A stretch of 64,000 nt of DNA from the NCBI GenBank assembly GCA_028279505.1, contig JANQNP010000118.1, positions 6,610-70,609 on the forward strand, written 5' to 3'. Source of the DNA: Dehalococcoidia bacterium (lineage in GTDB: Bacteria > Chloroflexota > Dehalococcoidia > UBA2979). Under the pieces are notes generated by a model. The model was not told the DNA's origin, searched no databases, and saw nothing but the letters and a program-made list of their open reading frames with translations. This document shows, in pieces, positions 55,806-64,000 of this stretch. Position 1 is the stretch's first letter; each line of letters opens with the position of its first letter. The position numbers were made by a program, and so were the translations under genes.

Positions 55806-56602
55806 CCGGCGCCCTCGGATGGATTCCGTCGCCAGTAGCCGACCAGGCTGACCTGCGTCGCCGACAGCCGGCGTTCCTCGCGGAGGTGGCGGCGAATCGC
55901 CCCCATCGAATCGAACTCGCCGCCGCCCCAAACGTAGGCGTCACTCAGGTCGGACAGCGCACGCACCGCCTCCAGCAGCTGAGGATCGCCACCCGGCTCA
56001 CCCGCTGGCCGGTCGATCCGCGTTGTCTTGAGGTCATCGACCCTCGGTAGCTCGAGCGCGGTGCGCTCGTCCAGCTCGACGATCACCCGCGCCGGCGGCC
56101 CGCCCGCCTCGAGGATCGCGGCGATCGCCGGCAGCCCGGTCTCGTCGCCGATGAGCAACTGTCGCCTCACCTCGGGCGGCGGGTGGTAGGCGGTCCGAGG
56201 ACCCCACAGCGCCGCCGGCATCCCGGGCTTCGCTTCGGCGGCCCAGCTCGACGCCACGCCGGCCGGCTCGTGCAGCATCACGTCGATGTCGATCTCGGCG
56301 ACGTCTGGTCGGTGCTCGCGAACCGTGTAGTAGGCGCCGACCGGTCGCTCCGCCTCCGGCATCTCGCGGAGACCGTCCCACGTGAAGCCGCTGTCGATCG
56401 TGAGCTCTTCACGGCCGACCGGCGGCAACAACAGGTAGAGGAACTGGTCGGCGCCGACGGGGCGGAATCGTTCCAGGTCGCCCGCGGCGAACGTGATCCG
56501 GACGAACGGGTGTCCAATGGCACGCACGCGCGAGACCGTCGTGACGAAGGTCTCGGTCGGCAACGGCGCTCGGACCGGAGACGGCTCCTCGGCGTCGCTC
56601 AT
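55802..56602 (-). CDS. siderophore-interacting protein (SIP/ViuB-type FAD-binding reductase)
   Basis: FAD_binding_9-like N domain and SIP C domain (LLIGDETGLPAIAAILE ... AYVWGGGE). Confidence 0.8.
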   Translation of the reverse strand: MSDAEEPSPVRAPLPTETFVTTVSRVRAIGHPFVRITFAAGDLERFRPVGADQFLYLLLPPVGREELTIDSGFTWDGLREMPEAERPVGAYYTVREHRPDVAEIDIDVMLHEPAGVASSWAAEAKPGMPAALWGPRTAYHPPPEVRRQLLIGDETGLPAIAAILEAGGPPARVIVELDERTALELPRVDDLKTTRIDRPAGEPGGDPQLLEAVRALSDLSDAYVWGGGEFDSMGAIRRHLREERRLSATQVSLVGYWRRNPSEGAG

Positions 56603-56772
56603 CGCATCCTCCGTCGCTTCGCCCGAGGACTCACCCCCCAGGCGGGAAGCGTGACGCCGGCCCAGTGTCCAGGAGGCAAATTGGCCACCGGACCGACGTC
56701 ACGCACACGCAGTCGCGTGCGCGGCAGATGGCGTGATGTCGTCACGTCAGCTGCTGCGCAGCGGAATGGTCG

Positions 56773-57825
56773 CTAGCCGAGGTCCTCGGCGTTGCTGATC
56801 ACCTCCGCGATCAACTCCAGCACCCCGGCGAAGCCGTCGTACGTGTAGACGCGGCCCGAGATCGGCCACAGGCTCACCTGCTCCGCCTGCACGGCGGGCA
56901 GCGTCGGCCACAGCGGCACGTCAGCCGCCAGCCGTTCACCCTGGCTCGGGTCCCGATCGTCCAGCAGGATGTGGTCCACGTCGTACTTGTCGATCGACTC
57001 CAGGCTCAGGAACTCCCAGTACCCGCCCTCCGTCGTCTCGGTGCGTAGCACCGGCACGCCGAGGGCGACGTAGTACGACAGGTCCGGCCAGGCCGGCGGA
57101 TCCGCGATGTAGAACGTGTCCGTCGAGGACGATGCGAACATCAGCGTGATCTCCGGTCGCTCGCTCGCCGCGGCCATCACGGCGGCTTCCGCTGCCTCGT
57201 ACCGGCCCTTCGCGTCGTCCGTGGCCCCGGTCCCGCCGAGGACCTGGGCGAGCTCGTCGAAGCGCTCGATGATCTCCGGTGCGGGCACGCCGGCGGCCCC
57301 GTCGCTCACCGCCACGATCACCAGCGGCGCGATCGCCTTCACCTCGTCGACCACGTCGGCGTTCATCCACCACCAGCTATCGGGGCCCCACGAGATCGTG
57401 ACCACGATGTCCGGGTCCAGCTCCGAGAGCGCCTCGAGGTTGATCTCCCCGTACGCCGCGCCACCAACCGAGGTCAGTCCACTGAAGTCGGCACCGCCAT
57501 ACGGATTCCCGTCGGCGTCCTCCAGCTGACCGAAGACGCCGGTCAGCTCGACGCCGTACTCGAGCAGCGCCGCCGCCACGCTCGCCTCGGCCACGACGCT
57601 GAGGTCGTCGCGCTCCGCGGTGAACGTCGTCCCGCGATCGTCCGTGAAGCTCCGCGCCACCGGGGCGTCTCCCGGTGCTTCGGTCGGCGCTTCCGTGGGC
57701 GCTCCGGTGGGCGCCTCTGTCGGCGCCGTCGTTGGCGCGGGAGTGGGCATCGGGTCGTCCGAGCTACAGCCCAGCGCAAACAACGCCACCAGGATCGCGG
57801 CAGCCGCCGCTAGCGAACGTGTCAT
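56773..57825 (-). CDS. iron-siderophore ABC transporter substrate-binding lipoprotein
   Basis: Lipobox LGCSS, an (A/T)PTE-repeat linker, then a class III periplasmic binding-protein fold. Confidence 0.8.
   Translation of the reverse strand: MTRSLAAAAAILVALFALGCSSDDPMPTPAPTTAPTEAPTGAPTEAPTEAPGDAPVARSFTDDRGTTFTAERDDLSVVAEASVAAALLEYGVELTGVFGQLEDADGNPYGGADFSGLTSVGGAAYGEINLEALSELDPDIVVTISWGPDSWWWMNADVVDEVKAIAPLVIVAVSDGAAGVPAPEIIERFDELAQVLGGTGATDDAKGRYEAAEAAVMAAASERPEITLMFASSSTDTFYIADPPAWPDLSYYVALGVPVLRTETTEGGYWEFLSLESIDKYDVDHILLDDRDPSQGERLAADVPLWPTLPAVQAEQVSLWPISGRVYTYDGFAGVLELIAEVISNAEDLG
57670..57760. repeat. approx. 12-nt tandem repeat (about 7 units, GGCGCNNCNGTG-like) encoding the TEAP-type linker of the substrate-binding protein
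   Basis: Units ggtgcttcggtc / ggcgcttccgtg / ggcgctccggtg / ggcgcctctgtc / ggcgccgtcgtt / ggcgcgggagtg / ggcatcgggtcg, read directly from the sequence. Confidence 0.5.
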
Positions 57826-58757
57826 GGGGATGTCCCTCCGATGCTCGCCGCGGAACGCTCATGCTCATCCGGCGCAAGCTCCTCCGCGGTCGCTGTTGAT
57901 TCAGTCGTGGACCGCGCGTGCGCGCGGCCCACCGGGATGACGAGCGGCGTGTCTGAGACCGGATCGCGCACGATCTGTGTTTCGAGGCCAAACACCCGCC
58001 GCACGTTCGCCTCGGTGATCACGGCTTCCGGATCGCCCTCGGCCTCGATGCGCCCCTCGGCCATCGCGATCAGGTGATCGCTGTAGCGGCTCGCCAGGTT
58101 CAGGTCGTGCAGCACCAGCACGATGGTTCGATCCGTCGAGGCGTTCAGCTCCTGCAGCAGGTCGAGCACCTCGACCTGGTGGCTGAGATCGAGGTAGGTC
58201 GTCGGCTCGTCCAGCAGCAGCAGCGGCGTGTCCTGCGCCAGCGCCATCGCGACCCAGACCCGCTGCCGCTGACCGCCAGAGAGCTGCTGCACCGGGCGCT
58301 CCGCGACCTCGGTCACGCCGGTCGCCTCCATCGCCGCCGCGACCGCGTCGGCGTCCTCCGTCGACCACGGCCGGACCAGCGACTGGTAGGGGTAACGGCC
58401 GCGTGCCACCAGGTCCGCGACCGTGATCCCGTCGGGTGCGATCGGCGACTGCGGCAGCAACGTCAGGCGCCGCGCCACGTCGCGCGAGCGCTGCTGGCGA
58501 ATGTCCTGCTCGCCGAGGAGCACGTGACCGCTCGCCGGCGCCAGCAGCCGTGCGAGCGCACGCAACAGCGTCGACTTCCCGCAGGCGTTCGGCCCCACGA
58601 TCGTCGTGATCCGCGCCGGCGGGATCTGCACCGACAGCGCCTGCACGACTAGTTCCCGGTCGTAGCGAAGGTCGAGTGAGTCCGCGCGCAGCGTTGGATG
58701 GTCGCCGTCGGGCGCCTGCTGGACGTCGGTGCCGGGAACCAGAGGTGAAGCGGTCAT
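57822..58757 (-). CDS. iron-siderophore ABC transporter ATP-binding protein (FecE/FepC-like)
   Basis: Walker A GPNACGKST, ABC signature LSGGQRQRV, Walker B LLLLDEP. Confidence 0.9.
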   Translation of the reverse strand: MTASPLVPGTDVQQAPDGDHPTLRADSLDLRYDRELVVQALSVQIPPARITTIVGPNACGKSTLLRALARLLAPASGHVLLGEQDIRQQRSRDVARRLTLLPQSPIAPDGITVADLVARGRYPYQSLVRPWSTEDADAVAAAMEATGVTEVAERPVQQLSGGQRQRVWVAMALAQDTPLLLLDEPTTYLDLSHQVEVLDLLQELNASTDRTIVLVLHDLNLASRYSDHLIAMAEGRIEAEGDPEAVITEANVRRVFGLETQIVRDPVSDTPLVIPVGRAHARSTTESTATAEELAPDEHERSAASIGGTSP

Positions 58758-58769
58758 CCGGTGTCCTCG

Positions 58770-59829
58770 CTAACGCGCCGAGATCGACCCGAGGCGGGTC
58801 AGCAGCCACAGCAGGTACGGGGCGCCGAGGATCCCGGTCAGCACACCGACCGGTAGCTCGTTCGGGTCGAACACGATGCGACCGGCGAGGTCGGCCGAGG
58901 TGACGAGGATCGCGCCCACCAGCGCGGACGCGACGAGCGCCGTGCTGGAGCGGGCGAGCTGACGCGCGATCGGCGCGGAGACGAACGCGACGAACGCCAC
59001 GGGCCCGGCGATCGCCGTCGCGCCGCCCGCGAGGACGACCCCCGCGAGGACGATCCACGCCCGCGAGCGCTCGGCGCCCGCGCCCAGCAGGTTGGCCAGA
59101 TCGTCGCCCAGCTCGATCGCGCGCAGCTGCCAGCTCGCGATCGCCACGGCCGGCGCGACGAACAGCGCCATCAGCGCGACCGCGCGCACGTCCTCCCAGT
59201 CCGCGCCGTTCAGCGAGCCGGCAAGCCACGCCTGCGCCTCGGCAGCGTTGATGATGTCGGCGCGCGTCAACGCGTAGGCGGTGAGCGCGTTGAACCCCGC
59301 CGCGACCCCGACGCCCACGAGCACGATCCGCACCGTGCTCGTCCGCCCACGCCGGAACGCCAGCCCGTACGTGAGCGTCGCGCCGACCGCGGCGCCGACG
59401 ACCGCGGCAACCGAGACGAAGACCACGCTCGCATCCAGCAGCGCGATCGAGAGCACAGCCGCCGCACTGGCGCCCGCCGTCACACCGATCACATCGGGCG
59501 ATGCCAGCGGGTTCCGCACCATCGACTGGAACAGCGCGCCGGAGAGCCCGAACGAGGCGCCCACTAGCATCGCCGTCGTCGCACGCGGCAGGCGCAGCCG
59601 CTCGATCACGAACGCCGTGTCCTCGTCCGCGTCGCCGAGCAGCACCGGGACGAGGTCGGCGAACGACGCCGACGCCGCTCCGAGCGACAGCGACGCGACC
59701 AGCGCCCCGCAGAGCAACACCACCAGCAGCGCGGTCAACCGGACCGAGGCGCGGCGGCGGCTCGACCGCGCCTGCTCCAGCGCCGCTCGCCCGGCGCCCG
59801 GCGCTGCGACCGCCGCGGAGGCGGTCACA
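58770..59829 (-). CDS. iron-siderophore ABC transporter permease (FecCD family)
   Basis: GTG start overlaps the upstream permease stop (GTGA). FecCD motifs: RLPRATTAMLVGASFGLSGALFQ ... GVLTGILGAPYLLWLL. Confidence 0.85.
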
Positions 59830-60859
59830 GATCGCTCACCCGGCTCGAGCGCGCCACCGCCACGAAGACCGGCGCGCCGAGGAACGCGGTCACGATCCCG
59901 ACCTGCAGCTCCCCGGGCTGCACGATGAAGCGCCCGACGACGTCGGCGCCGAGCAGCAGCGACGCGCCGAGCAGCGCCGACAGCGGCACGATCCACCGGT
60001 AATCCGGACCCGCGATCGCCCGCGCCACGTGCGGCACCGCGAGCCCCACGAAGGCGATCGGCCCGGCCGCCGCGGTCGCCGCGCCAGCCAGGCACACCAC
60101 CGAGGTGATCACCAGCGCCCGGTCCCGCCCGAGGTTCGTGCCGAGCGCCCGCGCCACCTCGTCGCCCATCGCGATCGCGTTCAGCGAGCGCGGCGTCGCT
60201 GCCGCGATCAGCAGCCCGACGACGATGAACGGCGTCACCTGCTTCGCGATGTCCGCGTCGCGCCCGGCGATCGCCCCGACGACCCAGAAGCGGAACTGGT
60301 CGAGCGTCGCGACGTCCAGCAACAGGATCGCCGTCGTCGCCGACGACAGCAGCCCGGTCATCGCCGCGCCTGCCAGCACGAGCCGGATCGGCGAGTGCGA
60401 GCGCCCGCCCGTCTCCCCGATCAGGTAGACGACCACCGCCGTCACCGCCGCGCCGAGCAGCCCCATCCAGGCATAGACCGTGATCGACTCCATGCCGAGC
60501 TGGAAGATCCCGAACGCGACGAACAGGGCGGCGCCGGCGTTGATCCCGAGGATCCCCGGCCCCGCCAGCGGATTCCGCGTCAGCCCCTGCATCTGCGCCC
60601 CGGCGACGCCAAGCGCCGCGCCGGCCAGCACCCCGATCACCGTCCTCGGCAGCCGTTGCGCCCGGACGACGATGTGATCGGCGAGTTGGTCGTCGTAGGC
60701 GATCAACGCCTCGATGGCCGTGAGCCAGCTCATCTGGCGCGTCCCCAGCGCCAGGCTCGCCACCACCGCGACGCCGAGCAGCGCCACACAGAGCGCGAGC
60801 CCTGCGCTGCGGGTGAGCCGGACCCGTGTCCGGCCAGCGTCGATCGTCGATGTCGCCTG
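59825..60859 (-). CDS. iron-siderophore ABC transporter permease (FecCD family)
   Basis: FecCD motifs: RLPRTVIGVLAGAALGVAGAQMQ ... GIVTAFLGAPVFV. Start uncertain: GTG near 60859, or the ATG at 60883 inside the AT-rich promoter region. Confidence 0.8.
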   Translation of the reverse strand, partial: QATSTIDAGRTRVRLTRSAGLALCVALLGVAVVASLALGTRQMSWLTAIEALIAYDDQLADHIVVRAQRLPRTVIGVLAGAALGVAGAQMQGLTRNPLAGPGILGINAGAALFVAFGIFQLGMESITVYAWMGLLGAAVTAVVVYLIGETGGRSHSPIRLVLAGAAMTGLLSSATTAILLLDVATLDQFRFWVVGAIAGRDADIAKQVTPFIVVGLLIAAATPRSLNAIAMGDEVARALGTNLGRDRALVITSVVCLAGAATAAAGPIAFVGLAVPHVARAIAGPDYRWIVPLSALLGASLLLGADVVGRFIVQPGELQVGIVTAFLGAPVFVAVARSSRVSDL

Positions 60860-61068
60860 CACGGAACGATAGATACAGTGCAAACTAATTCAAGATCAAC
60901 GTGTTAACGAAGATAATCGAATCGTCGTAACAATGAACGTACTGTCGTACCGAGCGGTTCATCCGCGCAGTACTCGGTGACCAAGCCCAGGCGGGGTTCG
61001 GCGGCTCGGCCCTGTAACCCCGCCCGCACGCCCCTTAGGATGCGGAGGCGGATCGAGGGGAAATCGTC

Positions 61069-63582
61069 ATGGCTGGACCTCTGAGCGGCCTTCGGGTCAT
61101 CGACCTGTCGAGCGGACCGGTCGGCGGCATGGCCACGATGATCCTCGCCGACTTCGGCGCCGACGTCGTCAAGGTCGAGCGGCCCGGTGGTGACCCCTTT
61201 CGCTTCATGGGCACCGCGCCGATGTGGCTGCGCGGGAAGCGTTCCGTCGAACTCGACCTCAACCGCAAGGTCGAGCAGGAGCGCCTCTACCAGCTCGCCG
61301 AGACCGCCGACGTCGTCGTCAGTAGCTTCCGCGCCCACTCCGCCGTCGACCTCGGCTGCGACTACGACGTCATGGCCTCGCGCAACAGCGGCATCGTCTA
61401 CGTCCAGATCTCCGGCTTCGGCTCGTACGGCCCCTACGTCGGCTTCCCCGGCTACGAGGGCGTCGTCGCTGCGAAGTCCGGCCGCATGCAGAACTTCGCC
61501 GGCACCGCCCACCGCGAGGGCCCGCAGTACGCCGCCGTTCAGGTCGCCTCACACGCCGCGACCCAGGCCGCCGTCTCGGGCGTCCTCGCTGGCCTGATCG
61601 CCCGCCAGCGGATCGGCATCGGTCAGTACATCGAGACGAGCATGCTGCGCGCGATGTTGCCCTACGAGCAGGGCGGCCTGATCTCCCGCCAGCTCGCGAG
61701 GATCGACTCGCAGTTCGACGTTGCCCCGCCGGCGAACCGCATGCCGACCATCCAGTACCAGCCCGTCCGAACCAAGGGCGGCGAGTGGCTCCAGCTCGGT
61801 AACCTGCTCCGCCAGCAGTTCGACAGCTTCCTCGCCGCCGTCGACCTGCACGAGATCCTGGTCGACGAGAAGACCCAGGGCTCCCCCGCACTCTGGCCCC
61901 CCGAGGTCCTCGAGGGCGTCCGCGACCAGGTCCTCACCCGCATGCAGGAGAAGACCGCCGACGAATGGGTCGCCCACTTCACCGAGCTCGGCAACATCGC
62001 CGCCCACAAGTTCCAGACCACCCAGGGGGCGATGGACGACCCGGACATCACCGCGAACGAGCACGTCGTCGAGGTCCGCGACCCTCGCCTCGGCATCCTG
62101 ATCAAGGACAACATCTCGATCATGGAAGCCATGCTCGGCCAGGTGCAGGTCGAGGCCGACGAGGAAGAAGGCCGCTCCGACCAGATCGGCCTCCTCGCCG
62201 ACATGGAGCACACCCCCGGCGAGGTCGGCGGCGCCGCACCCGCCACCGGCCAGCACACCTTCGACGTCCTGAACGAGCCCCGCGAGCGCTGGCAGTACGA
62301 GACCCTCGCCCAGGATGACTACGACCCACCCCTCGAGGGCGTCACCGTCCTCGAGTTCGCCTCGATCATCGCCGCGCCGCTCGGCGCCTCACAGCTCGCC
62401 GACCTCGGCGCTCGCGTGATCAAGGTCGAGCCGATCGGCGGCGACCCGTACCGCCAGCTTGGAGGCGGCGTCGGCGCGACGCGGGTCAACGCGAGCAAGG
62501 AGAGCATCTCGCTCGACCTGAAGTCGGACGCCGGCCGCGAGATCCTCGACAAGCTGCTCGCCCAGACCGACCTGATCATCTCGAACTTCCGCCCCGGCGT
62601 GCCCGAGCGCCTCGGCTTCGGCTACGAGCAGGTCAAGGCCATCCGCCCGGACATCGTGTACCTCGCCATGAACGGCTACGGTCGCCACGGCCCTGGCGCC
62701 CACCGTCCGTCGGCCCACCCGGTCCCCGGTGCCGCCGCCGGCGGTGCGCTCTTCCAGGCCGGCGCTGGCTTCCCCCCACCCTCCGAGGACGGCGAGCTCA
62801 GCCTCGAGGAGGTGCGCGAGATCTCCCGACGGCTCTTCCGCTCGAACGAGGTGAACCCCGACCCCAACACCTCGATGGTGATCATGAGCGCCGCGATGCT
62901 CGGCCTCTACGCGCAGCGCATCGGCCTCGGCGGCCAGCGCATCTGGCTCGACATGTACGGCGCGAACGCCTACGCGAACTCGGACGACTTCGTCCGCTAC
63001 CGCGGCAAGCCGGAACGCGCCGAACCCGACGCGGAGCTCTACGGCACGGGCCCGCTCTCCCGTCTCTACCAGTGCCAGGACGGCGGATGGGTCTATTTCG
63101 AGGTGGTCCTCGAACGCGAGTGGCGGATGTTCTGCGAGCGCATCGACAGCCCGGACATGGCGACCGACCAGCGCTTCTCCAGTCGCGAGGGCCGCTCCGC
63201 CAACGCCGCGCTGCTGACCCAACTCCTCGAGGAGCTCTTCGCCTCGGAGGACGCGCAGTACTGGGAGGACCGGCTGTCAGTCGTCGGCATCGGCTGCGTC
63301 CGCGCCGATGGCCCCGCCGCCGCTGAGTTCTGGGAGACCGACCAGCACGCGGCCCAGAACGGCCTCGTTACGCCGGTGATCCACAGCAAGTGGGGCGACA
63401 TGCTCCGCCACGGCCCGCTCTGGAAGACCGCCCGCTCCGGCCTCAGCCTCGGCCCGGCGCCGGTCATCGGCGAGCAGACCGACGCCATCCTCGAGGAGCT
63501 CGGCTACGACGCCGAGGCGATCGCCCAGTTCCACGCCGACGGCGTCGTCGACACCGAGGTCTTCGAACCCGTCGAGGTCTAG
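61069..63582 (+). CDS. fusion protein of two family-III (CaiB/BaiF) CoA-transferase domains (second paralogue)
   Basis: 837 aa. N-terminal signatures LSGLRVIDLSSGPVGGMATMILADFGADVVKVE and LEGVTVLEFASIIAAPLGASQLADLGARVIKVE. Same two-domain architecture as 53391-55805. Confidence 0.85.
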   Translation: MAGPLSGLRVIDLSSGPVGGMATMILADFGADVVKVERPGGDPFRFMGTAPMWLRGKRSVELDLNRKVEQERLYQLAETADVVVSSFRAHSAVDLGCDYDVMASRNSGIVYVQISGFGSYGPYVGFPGYEGVVAAKSGRMQNFAGTAHREGPQYAAVQVASHAATQAAVSGVLAGLIARQRIGIGQYIETSMLRAMLPYEQGGLISRQLARIDSQFDVAPPANRMPTIQYQPVRTKGGEWLQLGNLLRQQFDSFLAAVDLHEILVDEKTQGSPALWPPEVLEGVRDQVLTRMQEKTADEWVAHFTELGNIAAHKFQTTQGAMDDPDITANEHVVEVRDPRLGILIKDNISIMEAMLGQVQVEADEEEGRSDQIGLLADMEHTPGEVGGAAPATGQHTFDVLNEPRERWQYETLAQDDYDPPLEGVTVLEFASIIAAPLGASQLADLGARVIKVEPIGGDPYRQLGGGVGATRVNASKESISLDLKSDAGREILDKLLAQTDLIISNFRPGVPERLGFGYEQVKAIRPDIVYLAMNGYGRHGPGAHRPSAHPVPGAAAGGALFQAGAGFPPPSEDGELSLEEVREISRRLFRSNEVNPDPNTSMVIMSAAMLGLYAQRIGLGGQRIWLDMYGANAYANSDDFVRYRGKPERAEPDAELYGTGPLSRLYQCQDGGWVYFEVVLEREWRMFCERIDSPDMATDQRFSSREGRSANAALLTQLLEELFASEDAQYWEDRLSVVGIGCVRADGPAAAEFWETDQHAAQNGLVTPVIHSKWGDMLRHGPLWKTARSGLSLGPAPVIGEQTDAILEELGYDAEAIAQFHADGVVDTEVFEPVEV

Positions 63583-63757
63583 CCGCTCTCGACGCTCTTG
63601 GGTCGGCGAGACTTCGCCCTCGGGTCCACGCCGAGGCCTCTCGCCGCGCGTCGCATTCGTCGTAGTTCGTGGAACCTCATTGACGGTGGTCGCATATCTC
63701 TCTGGTGTGGAGTGACGCTGGCGGCGACGCCAGCGACGAACGCACATCGGAGCTGAT

Positions 63758-64000
63758 GTGGATGACGAGCAAGACGCGCTACGTCGATGCCGAGCGGGCG
63801 ACCGTCGCGCCTTCTCGCTGATCGTGAATCGGTACGGCGACGTCCTCTATGGGACCGCTGTGATGATGTTGCGCGATCGGGTCGAGGCCGAGGACGCCGT
63901 GCAAGACGCGTTCGTCGACGCGTGGCGAGGTCTCGGAACCTTCGACGGCTCACGCCCGCTCCGGCCATGGCTACTACGCGTGCTCGTGAACCAGGTGCTG
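63758..64000 (+). CDS. ECF sigma factor (N-terminal region 2 only; truncated by the window end)
   Basis: GTG at 63758 preceded by GGAG. Sigma-70 region 2 (FSLIVNRYGDVLYGTAVMMLRDRVEAEDAVQDAFVDAWRG). Continues past the end of the window. Confidence 0.6.
   Translation, partial: MDDEQDALRRCRAGDRRAFSLIVNRYGDVLYGTAVMMLRDRVEAEDAVQDAFVDAWRGLGTFDGSRPLRPWLLRVLVNQVL

Overview
This window is a very high-GC (about 70% or more) stretch of bacterial chromosome that looks actinobacterial (Actinomycetota). It is gene-dense, with about 70 protein-coding genes on both strands. I found no rRNA or tRNA genes, no CRISPR array, and no transposase or integrase. All gene calls are from reading the supplied six-frame translations for family-specific motifs, checking start codons and ribosome-binding sites by hand, and judging third-codon-position GC; I ran no database searches.

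Recognisable core functions:
- ispH divergent from a LOG-family gene.
- A LOG / hypothetical / SCO1664-family / inositol-monophosphatase (CysQ-like) cluster typical of Actinobacteria.
- A nitrogen-control operon on the minus strand, amt-glnK-glnD.
- ogt, argC, nhaA, a CaCA antiporter, mscS, mobA with yqeC, and crotonyl-CoA carboxylase/reductase (ccr).
- An ECF sigma factor with a FecR-like anti-sigma factor.
- An iron-siderophore ABC importer (substrate-binding protein, ATPase, two FecCD permeases, siderophore-interacting protein).

Accessory or unusual content:
- An orphan Dam-family N6-adenine methyltransferase (no cognate restriction gene seen in this window).
- A hicA-hicB toxin-antitoxin pair with an imperfect inverted repeat at its 5' end.
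- Two ClpS adaptor paralogues about 5 kb apart.
- A Clp N-domain protein with a possible ribbon-helix-helix-like C-terminus behind a conspicuously AT-rich promoter.
- Two large genes that each fuse two family-III CoA-transferase domains, flanking the siderophore cluster.
- A DUF35 / SCP-x-type thiolase pair with two tandem PaaI thioesterases, and a HadA/HadB-like dehydratase pair.
- An ArfB-like GGQ protein with a helix-turn-helix-like tail.
- Several small high-GC3 ORFs that are easy to miss.
- A recurring intergenic element with a GAA-loop palindrome at three convergent gene junctions.

Many long ORFs on the opposite strand or in an alternative frame are composition artefacts and were rejected.
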